Assembly: GCA_051942245.1 (NCBI GenBank)
Contig: JAVECL010000140.1
Location: 1 to 44,959, forward strand
Length of the DNA: 44,959 nucleotides
DNA from: Trypethelium eluteriae
Taxonomy: Eukaryota
Direction of reading: 5' to 3'
Position numbers and translations under genes: made by a program. The notes beneath the pieces are model-generated. The model saw only the letters and a program-made list of their open reading frames with translations. It searched no databases and was not told the DNA's origin. Numbering within the stretch: position 1 is the first letter of the stretch; every line of letters begins with the position of its first letter. Of the stretch, positions 35,025 through 44,959 are shown piece after piece.

Positions 35025-36908
35025 ATGACAAGCGGAGAGGAAAGGACGAATGGAGAACAACCACAAGGAGCAGAGACCCCAGCGCAGCAAAGAGGAGCGC
35101 AGGACGAAGAGCCGTACTCAATCTATACAGTTCGCCAGAAGAAAGTCGTTATTGTTACGGCATCTGTATCTGCCTTGTTCTCTCCCCTTTCTGCCAATAT
35201 CTACTTTCCTGCACTGAATACCTTAGCCGATGAATTCCATGTTTCCACAAGTCTAATCAACTTGACCGTAACCACTTACTTGGTAAGATACAAGAGAATT
35301 TGCCCCTGTCCACCCTATCCTTATCGTTGAAACCAGAAACACTAACAACTTTTCCAGATCTTCCAAGGTATCGCGCCCACTTTCGTAGGCTCCTTTTCCG
35401 ACTCTGCTGGCCGACGTCCAGCTTACATGGTCTGCTTTATCATCTACATCTGTGCGAACATTGGGCTCGCTGTTCAGAACCACTATGCCGCCCTCCTCGT
35501 CCTCCGTATGCTGCAGTCCTCCGGCAGCAGCGGTACCGTTGCGATCTCCAACGCAATCGCGGCCGATATCGTCACCTCAACCGAGCGCGGCTCTTACGTC
35601 GGCTACGCGACTGCGGGCACGATCGCTGCACCGGCACTCGCGCCTGTGATCGGCGGCCTGTTGGATCAGTATGCTGGGTGGAAGTGGATCTTCTGGTTCC
35701 TGGTCATCTTCGCCTCGTCGTTCTTCGTGCCCTTGCTGCTCTTCTTTCCGGAGACCTGTCGTGCGGTCGTGGGGAATGGATCGCTGCCTCCACCGGCGTG
35801 GAATATGAGTTTGCTCTCGCTGTTCCAGCACCATCGGGCGAGGCGGAGACGGGCGAAGGAGGCAGAGGATGCGGAGCTGGGACGAACTATGACCAATAGT
35901 TCGCGACGGTCTCGTGCTAAGGCACGGATGAATTGTCCCAGTCCCCTTGGTGTGTTGCGTATCATTGCAGACAGGGTTAATTTCATAATTCTTCTGTGCA
36001 TAGCATTGCTCTTCGCAGCTTTCTACGCAGTCAGTGCTTCGATCTCTGCGAGGTTCGCTGAGAGTTACGGATATTCTACTATCGACATCTCACTGGTCTT
36101 CATTCCGTTTGGCGTCGGCGCCTTGGTCTCTGCGCTTACAGTAGGGAGGCTGATGGATTGGAACTACCGCCGACATGCTCAGCGCCTAGGACTCTCTGTC
36201 GAGAAAGGCGCGAGGAGCAAACAACATGATATGCTCCAGTTTCCCATTGAGCAAGTCCGTTTAGAGGTCGTGGCGCCCTTCCTCTTCCTGGGCGCCGCGC
36301 TCCTAGCAGCCTACGGTTGGTGCGTCCAAAAGAGGGTCAACGTTTCTGGTCCTATAGTGCTCCTTTTTTTGCAGGGATATACTCTCGTCACTGGTTTTCA
36401 GAGCCTTAGCGTCTTGATCGTGGATCTCAATCGCACTAGCCCTGCGACGGCAACAGCTGCAAATAATTTGGTTCGTTGCTTGCTTGGAGCGGGAGCCTCG
36501 GCTGTTGTAAATCCGCTGACGGAGGCTGTGGGCTATGGGTGGACCTGCACTATTGCAGCACTTTTGTGGTTAGGCTTGACACCGCTTCTCCTTCTGCTGA
36601 TGAAGTACGGACAAGACTGGAGAAGGAAGAAGGCAGGAAGAGTCAAAGCTAAGGATAACGGCCCAGATAATGGCAAAGAGGTGGACCAAAATAACAGCAA
36701 ACCCGCTGGAGAGATACTGATAACACGGGAAGGAGACGACATTGAAAAGACAGTGCCAAGCGAAGGCACTCAGACGGGAGCCCCGAGAGATGAAATGAAT
36801 ACTATTCAGGATACAGAAAATAAAATAGACGATAACGGGAACCACTCACCGCACACCGAGCACGCTGTCAAACCATCGATCCCTACAAAGGAAGATCAGA
36901 TATCGTAA
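35025..36908 (+). CDS. MFS multidrug transporter, DHA1 family (Qdr/Aqr-like), ~602 aa, 2 exons
   Basis: Exons 35025-35282 and 35358-36908. Motifs: FSPLSANIYFPAL, INLTVTTYL|IFQGIAP, SDSAGRRP, LRMLQSSGSS, PETCRAVVGNGS, GRLMDWNYRR, ATATAANNLVRCLLGA. Confidence 0.92.
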
Positions 36909-37530
36909 AACATGGTCAAAAAATTACAAAACGTATTTCAGGATTTAGAGGCCTAAGAAGAGCATGCTCCAACATCTTGTACTCCGTACAGCGTTGGCAT
37001 GACGGCCAATAGCTCTGGTTAATTACCAACTCCAGAGCGAATTGAATAGAATGCATTCAATAGGAGGATATGCCTCCATGGTTATTTATCGTGTATGCAC
37101 TTGAAATATATGCCAATGCATCCGATAGCTACCCATGCTAGCCGTTTCCATCCTCTCTAGTCGCCGAGTTAATCCATGAACGTATTTAAACCAAGAAGAC
37201 GGACCCCCCAAAACGCCCTTCGACGGCCCTATGCAATCCAAAGCTTATGCTCATAGATGCAATTCCGAGAGATGAGAAGTGTATCCCAATGCGAAACCGA
37301 CAAACGCCACGCTGATTTATCTGCGAGATTTTCCGTCCGAATCATCTTCCAGAACAGAGAGACAGCCAACTGCAATGGAAAAAACAGGTTGCCACCCACG
37401 CACACCGTCGTATGCTTCGTCTTGAGCCCCAGCCACACCCTCTACCCCGGTCATCGTGTAGGCAGTCACGCAGCTCAGCTCAACTCAGCTGAGGCACAGG
37501 ATCCATCAAGACCCGCAGAGCCGCGGCAAG

Positions 37531-39141
37531 TCAACATCGCCCGCCAAGCCGCAATAGCCTTGTCCGTAACCACGTCATGAATCGCCACCACGTTCCTTTC
37601 GCGCTTTTTCTGCCCTGCGCTCCCTGGTCCATCGTCATCTTCTCTCCAGTTCTCTGACCGGTGCCAGTTGCTTCTGAAGCCGTGGTCCCTTTTATGGGTA
37701 AGCTGCGGCTGTGCACCGGATTGATCTCTGCATATGCCTTGCCTTCCAAGACATTCGTTTGGCTTGTCGAGGGAGTTACCTCCGACTTTCTCCGCGGGGG
37801 CTTGGCATTTGTGCGGTCTTCTGACGCAGTGCTGGGTCTTTCGGACCTGGTCCGTTCTTTGATATCGCCCTTCTGCCTGTGTTTCTCCTCCTTCTGTCTT
37901 TTTTGGAGCAAGTATTCGCGCTGTTTCTGCTCAGCCTTTTGAGCTTTTGAGAGCAGCTTCCTTTCCTTGGCTTCTTGCTTTTCATGGTAGGCGATTCGCG
38001 CAGCGTGTATTTCGGCGGCGCGAGAAGCGGCGGAATCCAGAGGCACGTCAGGGTCTTTTGAGCCTCGCATGAAGGAAAAGGCTTTATCAAGCGACGCTCG
38101 AGAAGATGCTGACGCAGAGTACGTTTCGAAAGAATTCATAGTTTGCCCGCGAGGCCGGTTGTTTGAATTGCCAGTGGCGCTTGAGGATTTAATAGATAGA
38201 TTTGTCTGCGATGCGCTATTCGCCAGGTAAGTTGAGGAGCCCGTATGGTGTGCATGAAGCGGCGATGTAATGTTTGGAGTTGTAGAAACCGAAGTAGATC
38301 TCCGAGTACGATACGGCTCAAAAGCTTGCTGACGCAGACGAAATTCTTCATCAGACATGATGCTTGTGGATATCCCAGAATCCGGGACTTCCTCATCTGG
38401 ACTGGGCACGGCAACGAATGAATTGCTGCTAGGAGGAGTATACGGACGAGGTGTTTTGTGCATGGGATGTACGAATGGTTGTGTAGGTTTAAATGCCCCA
38501 GATCCAGCTGAATAGGTAGAGTTGATGCTCTGAGAGCGGCCATGTCCGTTTCTTCGACCCACGTGTCCAGAGGTGACATCCGCGACAGAAGGCGATGGTG
38601 AGCCAAAATCATGGATACCTAGACCTGCGAGACCTTCATTCTCGGCAGCTGGTCGCGACAAATCTAGTGTCGGCGTGCTATCCTTGGTCGACAGTTTGCG
38701 CAGGTAGGGTTTTATCTTCACCGAGGAACTCCGTCCAGGAGACTTCGGTAGGTCTCTAGGTTCTTCATAAGTCACCGCTGGCGTCTCACTGCGCGTAAAG
38801 CCATAGACGTTGTCGACAGCAGCACTGGAGGGACTAGGTATTGAGGATGCAGAGTTGCCCCGTTTGTGAAGCCTCCCGTGACTCGGAACCAATCGTAGTG
38901 GCGCCGTGTTCTGTTGTGATTGCGTGAGTGATGACATTTTGTTAGCGACCCGGTTCGAGTCACGAAGGGTTTGAGATGACGTTTGTCTTCCTACGCCCCA
39001 GGTTTCTGAGCCCGAGATAGTAGGCCTTGTAAATGCTGAGGAAGGGTACGTGGGCCCTGAAAGAGCCATCGACTCTGATACTTTGGGATGAATGCTCGTA
39101 CCAGCATTCGGCGCGTACGATGAGGTAAATGACGGCGCCAT
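37531..39141 (-). CDS. Uncharacterised Ser-rich fungal protein with coiled coil and C-terminal amphipathic helix, ~536 aa
   Basis: Single long ORF; the first ATG is at 39141. It contains blocks KIKPYLRKLS and FVHPMHKTPRPYTPP, a charged coiled coil, and a terminal WWRFMTWLRTRLLRLG. The true start is uncertain. Confidence 0.75.
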   Translation of the reverse strand: MAPSFTSSYAPNAGTSIHPKVSESMALSGPTYPSSAFTRPTISGSETWGVGRQTSSQTLRDSNRVANKMSSLTQSQQNTAPLRLVPSHGRLHKRGNSASSIPSPSSAAVDNVYGFTRSETPAVTYEEPRDLPKSPGRSSSVKIKPYLRKLSTKDSTPTLDLSRPAAENEGLAGLGIHDFGSPSPSVADVTSGHVGRRNGHGRSQSINSTYSAGSGAFKPTQPFVHPMHKTPRPYTPPSSNSFVAVPSPDEEVPDSGISTSIMSDEEFRLRQQAFEPYRTRRSTSVSTTPNITSPLHAHHTGSSTYLANSASQTNLSIKSSSATGNSNNRPRGQTMNSFETYSASASSRASLDKAFSFMRGSKDPDVPLDSAASRAAEIHAARIAYHEKQEAKERKLLSKAQKAEQKQREYLLQKRQKEEKHRQKGDIKERTRSERPSTASEDRTNAKPPRRKSEVTPSTSQTNVLEGKAYAEINPVHSRSLPIKGTTASEATGTGQRTGEKMTMDQGAQGRKSAKGTWWRFMTWLRTRLLRLGGRC

Positions 39142-41339
39142 GTGGGATACACAGCGAAGATGCAAGGACGGGATCGAGATAGCCGAGCCGTAGACATAAA
39201 AATCATCGCGACGCCATGACTGCCACGGTGACGGAGCAGAATACGGAAAACGCAGGGAAACGCGTCGATCTCGTCAGGGCCGTTGGCGCTTCCGGGGCCG
39301 GCGTGGGCGTCAGCAGTAGTTGCAGTGAATGATCAACACACCATCACCTGGCGGCATCAGCTGTAAAGACTGTCAGATTCGCGACAACTGGACGCAGCGA
39401 GGAGCGAATCCGGGGCGCACGGGGTAGGTGGGCAGGCGGATGACGAGTGCGACGCCAAAGGCGGCAGGTAGGATAAGGTCTGCGGAGAAAAAGAGGAGAA
39501 CTCACCGTGCGTGCATAGAAGCAAACAAAAACGATTCGAAGATTGCGTGGAAAACGGAAGCAGCGAGGCGGGCCAAGACGCGGTACTTGAGTACTCGGAC
39601 CCCAACGCCCACGATACTTCGGTGCGTGGATGCTTCAGTGAAACACGAGCAATCCTCCGCCTTCACGGTCCATCTGACCGCCGGTCAAGCCCGGGATTGC
39701 TGACAGTTGCTGAGAGACGATGCTACCGTCAAGTAGTCAAGCCCTCGAGCCCAGACACTGGCACCCTGGGGTGTACTACTTTATCTGCAGCAGGCGGCTG
39801 TTATCTGGTTGCGGGGTGACGCCCGGATTGGCGCTGGATTATTTGAAAATGCGGCGGAGGCGCCGGAGAGACCAAGGTTGATGTCGAGATCCAGATCCCC
39901 GACCTCAGCAGGTAGAGAGAGGGAAGCGTGAATTATTATATGCGATTGTATGCAGCCTGAGATAGGCAGAACACCTCTTCTCCAGCTGCCACGGAAACAG
40001 AGGAACACATGTGCAAAAATGAAACCACGACGGTGGCTCATAAGGTATCCCTCTGCCAACTCCAACAATGTACTCCACTCGGTGCTCGCAAGGCACTCGT
40101 CTACCTCTCTAGTCCTGCGTCGCAATATTCCTTGAGCTGAGCACGGAGTAGAAGCTGCGGTTTCTTTAGTTGGTCCGGCAATGCAACCGAGGCAAGCTGC
40201 CTGTCTGCCTGGCGCGACCTCGAAGGTCTCGCCTTCTCACCTCATTCTCGGCCTTTCCCGAGCCATGGCGACATCATTATATCCGGACTAACTTAAGCAC
40301 AAGGCTTCCTCGTATCTTTGCCAGCCTAGAATGTCTTCCTAAGCCATGAGTTTCTAAATCGTCTTTCTGGACTATGGTGTTTTGGTTCCAGCACATGACG
40401 TCTCAGGTGGCAGGCATGCGTTCATGCAAGCGGCCAGGCTGTGAACAACTGGTTTCATATGGCCGTCGCAGCAGATCGGACAGGCATGGGAATCCCAACG
40501 AGTGTGGGCGGCCCGCTCGCATCAAGTGGATCCTTGCTCTTCTCCACATCCTTGGCCGCAAGATCTACACCTTGATCTCAAAAACCCTAGCGACTTATCT
40601 TCTTTAGGGGATCCTAGTCCTCGCTAGCCTGCGGCCGACTGCCAAGACATCGAATACGTCCTGCGGCTAATCCCCATCTACAAATCCATGGAAAGGCATT
40701 GAAGACTCAACAATTCCTACTCTCTGCATGTCTCCAAACTGGAAGCATAAGATAGGCAGTCTCGGCCCAACGACCGGCGTCTTCAACTCATGCCGGTCCT
40801 CTCTTGTCTACCATTCCGCCGCTCCCTCTCCTTGATCATCTCTGGCCCGCTGTCGTGTGCAAGGTTCTTGGAACTAGTCGCGGGATGAAAAGTGGAGGCT
40901 TCATCAATTTCTTACCGTAGAATACCATCCCACGGTTTGGTGAGGCATTGAGGGGTCTGCTTCCGGATCTTGGACTCGCTTCTTTGACGGTAAAATGGTC
41001 GCTAACGTCGACGCGGGAAACAGCTTCGCCATTTTCATGGTCTCATTGCCCCTTGAATCAGCGATACCCAGATTTGTTTTCAGTAATGATACTATGAAGA
41101 TCTGCAATGTACATTTCAATCTCTCTCCGCATGCAAAGAAAGTTTCTTGGGTTTTCGTCTCAGTTAACGGCGAAATATTCCACATATGCGCTTTTACTCC
41201 ACTTCTCATCCTGGAGGCTACAGGGTCTCCTCAAATTATCTCATTACTCTTTGATTTTCGACTGATTATCAATGCTCACCCGAGATTCTGAACTCTCCCA
41301 AATCTACAAAACACAGGATGCTAAGGGTATCTTTGGCTA

Positions 41340-41520
41340 CCTCACGGCGGCTGGGGGGTTCCTCAACTGGTAATTAATACAATGTTACCTCAATTTAACT
41401 GTTATGACCATGTTGGCCCATGTTAAGGCGGTGTTAACATGGACCAACAAGCTCATAACAGCAAAGTCAAAATAACATTGCATTAATTACCAGTTGAGGA
41501 ACCTCCCAGCCGCGGTAAGG
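41340..41520. mobile_element. 181-bp fold-back MITE, copy 2, TA target-site duplication
   Basis: Same length as copy 1, with ~11 substitutions by manual count and no indels. Flanked by TA at 41338-41339 and 41521-41522. Confidence 0.88.
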
Positions 41521-42156
41521 TAAGTACCCATACCTCTAAAGTAGGTAAAAAGCTCGAAGCCTGACTTTGATACCGATGGGCATGTGAAACCGCTTGACAT
41601 TGTCACTGCTCTAATGTGAACACACGAAGCCTGGCTTCTTGCGGAGTTAAGAGCTATTGTACCGTAGATAACTTAATCCGCAGTTCCGTAGTAGAAACTT
41701 ACCTGCTTTTGTGAGAAATTCTTCCCATAGGATAAGAATTCACCCACTACTCGTGTTTGCGAAAGCGGAGAACACTAAATCTTCATATCTAATCCGTTTA
41801 TTGCAAAAGCTGCGGTACGTCTTCTGTTCATTAAATATTGATCTTGCCGCAATGGTAATTGTAGTCTCAAAGATCGCATCTACGCTAGGGAGCTGTAACC
41901 CTCAGAGAGGCATGTCAGCCCTCTGCAGTTTCGTCTCAAAGCACCGTGATTCTTAACGATTTAAATCGGAACATTCCTACGAGTGAATGTACTACCGTGG
42001 CTTCCGCTTGTCACCAACCCAGGGACAGGTGGAGAGCCCTTGTGATTATGTAATCTGCATGCCACTCAGAGATGTCAGTAATTTGTGCGCGGCAGCCATC
42101 GGCGACTGCAAAGCTCACAACTCAGAGCTACATCCACTCCCTTGCAAATTGCGACG

Positions 42157-44196
42157 ATGGTTTACGACTGGAGAGATAAAGAGGCAGAATGCTATAGATT
42201 ATACGTTGATGAACAACGATCTTTAGACGAGGTGATGGAGTGGATGAAGGAACACAGGGACTTCAACCCCAGGTAAGCATTTCGGCTGACCACAACTTCC
42301 ACCCACGCCAATTACCCACCACGCAAATGCGCCGCACTTGTCTATCTTCCTTTCCGCCGCTTGGACTAACGCCTCTGAAGCAAAAGAGCATACCAGACGC
42401 AGTTCAAGGCAAGCTTACGCCCCACACTACAGTCACTTGGACTAGGCTCATCTTCACCAGCGCTGGGACTTTCCCAGCAAGCAAAATCCAGCCCACAAAA
42501 ATGCCGCACTTGTCTCCCGAACAAAAGAGCTGTGGGAGCAGAATGCGACACAGAAGGAGATGCTCCGCGTTCTGCGTGCGGATGGATTCAGGATCAAGGA
42601 ACGGGAATTGATGAGACTCAGAGCAAGGCACAAATGGCTTTTAAGAACGCCAAACGGCATGAGAAATGCTGCTCAAACTTCAACTATTGCAGCTGAGTCA
42701 AATGAAGAAGCTTCATTGCAGCAGGTAGAACAAGCTCTTTTGGTGAGCTATGTGATGTCACTTTGGTAGACTCTCGCTGATCACTTTGATATCAGCAGGA
42801 GAACGAAGTAACAGCCAATGCACAAACGGTTGATACCATGGTGGAAGCACCAATGGAAAAGGAGCGAACGCCAGATCTAGACCCTCAAGTTGAGGCAGAT
42901 AGACAACAACGTCGAGAACGCATGCAGGCGGAGAGCGCCGAGCGATGGGCTACCCGCAAAAGGCGACGAAGGACAAGAGGATGGGGTGGTATGCCTGCGG
43001 ATCCACCTGGACCGCCCCGATTTCCCTCAGAGACTACCCTCGACGAAGCTAAGGTGTTCCTAAAACTCGACAATGCTCATTATCGCGAGTCAAGAAACCA
43101 GTTTCGGGACATATGTGAACAGGAAGGTATTGTGAAGAAGAAAATTGCTGGATCTGAAAAGTGGCAGGCAGCAAAAGACAGACTCGCCCATGAGAACGCG
43201 CATCTCCATACCGTCTTCTTTGACGATGTCACCAACTTAGATCAGAAATATCTTTCCTTGGACGTGCTGTGTATCGACGTCACAAAACGCATGCGAACAG
43301 CGGAGCACAAAATAACACTTGCAGACGCAAAGAACATCATTGGAATCAATCCAGACGAAAGTCGGCAGATCCGGGAAGCTTTCTACAATATATTGAAGGC
43401 GGACCATTTCACCAGCAAATTAGAGTCTGGAGGCGAACATTGGTCCAATCTCAAGCAAAGGTGGATTGATAGCTCTGATGTTGTCCAACGTGTTTTAGCT
43501 CGGGGCACAGAAGATCCAGAGTATGAGAGAAAAGGCAAGGCGCTCGAGATCATTTGCAGAGATGTCACAAAACGACTTCGGGACGATCAAAATTCGAGAG
43601 GTTCTTCGCAAAAGAAGCAGCATCATGAGGGAGCAACACCAAGTCCTACTCTTTCAAGAACAGGGCAAGCTTCTGGCCAACCAGCCTCAACACCTACAGA
43701 GCCTAGCTCGACCTCAAGAACGACTACGAGCCGTACGAACCGGGTATCCAACGACCTGCAGATCGATCCATCATTGTTGCTTGCAGCAAACGATTCTTCC
43801 GTCACGACAGAATTTCAGACTCGCCGTGCTCTATCGTCTACGAATCCAACCTATCCGAGCAATCCCTATGCGCCCCACAACGGCCCTTTCCCAATCTTCT
43901 TCCGGCTTAATCCTCTATCTCAGACAGCGCATCTTGGGCAGCCTGTCAAACAGGTATGGCTTGCCTCTCTGACCTCGGGTTCGATTCAAGAATTACGATA
44001 TTTGGCCCTCAGAGATTTTCCACATTCCGCTATTGATCGTATCGAAGGCCTGGTTGGGGATGCAAATGGGACCAATATTCCTTATGTGCTTGACAGGGAC
44101 GATGAGCTGGGTGCTTACCTTGCGCATACGACCGGTGGAAAGCCAGTGTTCTCTGTTACGATTGCTCCACTTCTGGCCCTTGATAGCGAGCTATAA
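42157..44196 (+). CDS. Clr5-domain-containing protein, ~608 aa, 4 exons
   Basis: Exons 42157-42272, 42381-42408, 42461-42742 and 42796-44196. The Clr5 domain reads MVYDWRDKEAECYRLYVDEQRSLDEVMEWMKEHRDFNPSKRAYQTQFKRWDFPSK. Two internal helical repeats end LDVLCIDVTKRMR and LEIICRDVTKRLR. Intron 2 has a GC donor. Confidence 0.88.
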
Positions 44197-44558
44197 TCAC
44201 GCCTGGTCATAATATCCATCGAGAGCCTCCATAGCGAATTGCACCGCTTGCATTCTTCTTGTATTCTGCACTCAAGTCAATTCATATCCTTAAAGTCATG
44301 AATTATGCTTCGCCCTTCAATAAGGAAATAATGAATTAATGATCAAAATTCGGTAAATTTGTAGTTCGTAATCCGGAAGGTTGAGCACATCAAAAGATCG
44401 AAGCTTATTGGTTGGTTGCACGTCCTGCAAAATGACATCGGCGCTCCGCATCTTGAGCTCCACTGCGCCTTTGAAAACTGTCTAACCCCGCAAGCATATC
44501 ATGGCGGTCTCCTATCATCTTCTCCTCAAAAACCGCTCATAGTACTTTCGTTTCAGGG

Positions 44559-44959
44559 ATGGCAGTCAGACCTTCCGCCTGCAGCTGCGCTGCAACTCGC
44601 TATGCGAGGCCAACTGCGTCTTCTCTACGCTGCCGGAAGCTCCGCCTCTCGTCGTCGTCAGTGACAAGTAGGCGCAACTATGCAACCGGACAAGAGTCAG
44701 AGAAGTCCTTTCGAGGACAGCTTTATGAGAGCACGCAACAGCGTCTCCAGCGTGAACGTGCAGAACAGGCCCGATTTGCTGAACATCGAAATCAAGGCTC
44801 CGGCAGCACCGCCTATGGACTCGGTGCAACATTTGGTATTATCCCTCAGTCCCATCTCATCAATCAACTTTCCAGACATCCCTCTAACCATCTCCAGGCG
44901 TCCTCATAGCCGCATACCTAGGCTACTCCTACGGCACCTCCCGCGCCAAACCCCCCTCC
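44559..44959 (+). CDS. 5' part of a mitochondrially targeted protein, probably D-lactate dehydrogenase (cytochrome); runs off the window
   Basis: Exon 44559-44835, intron 44836-44897 (gtatta..ctaac..ccag), then an exon from 44898. An Arg/Ser-rich presequence is followed by SFRGQLYESTQQRLQRERAEQARF and a hydrophobic segment (FGVLIAAYLGYSYG), a pattern I recall from fungal D-lactate dehydrogenases. The catalytic domain is not in the window. Confidence 0.55.

Noticed and set aside
40904..41291. Two ~100-aa opposing ORFs next to MITE copy 2 as a possible transposase remnant
   Set aside because: No DDE or HTH motifs recognisable.

Overview
Gene-dense eukaryotic DNA from a filamentous ascomycete. 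GT-AG introns of about 50-60 nt with CTAAC/CTGAC branch points are common, and the LaeA sequence looks Dothideomycete-like. All gene models were spliced by hand. Core genes: a Trk K+ transporter, a senescence/spartin-domain protein, a CNBP/Gis2 zinc-knuckle protein, UDP-GlcNAc pyrophosphorylase, LaeA, a TEA/ATTS transcription factor, MRD1 (hosting an snR64-like C/D snoRNA in an intron), dynein light chain LC8, a DHA1 MFS transporter, an uncharacterised protein, a Clr5-domain protein, and the 5' end of a probable mitochondrial D-lactate dehydrogenase. The most unusual part is the first 7 kb. There, an intact 3-exon gene fuses a HeLo-like/STAND N-terminal helical domain to what looks like the isolated cytoplasmic C-terminal EF-hand tail of the fungal Ca2+ channel Cch1, and it sits head-to-head with a decayed NACHT-type NLR gene. 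Two copies of a 181-bp fold-back MITE with TA target duplication are also present. Family assignments come from remembered motifs, not database searches.
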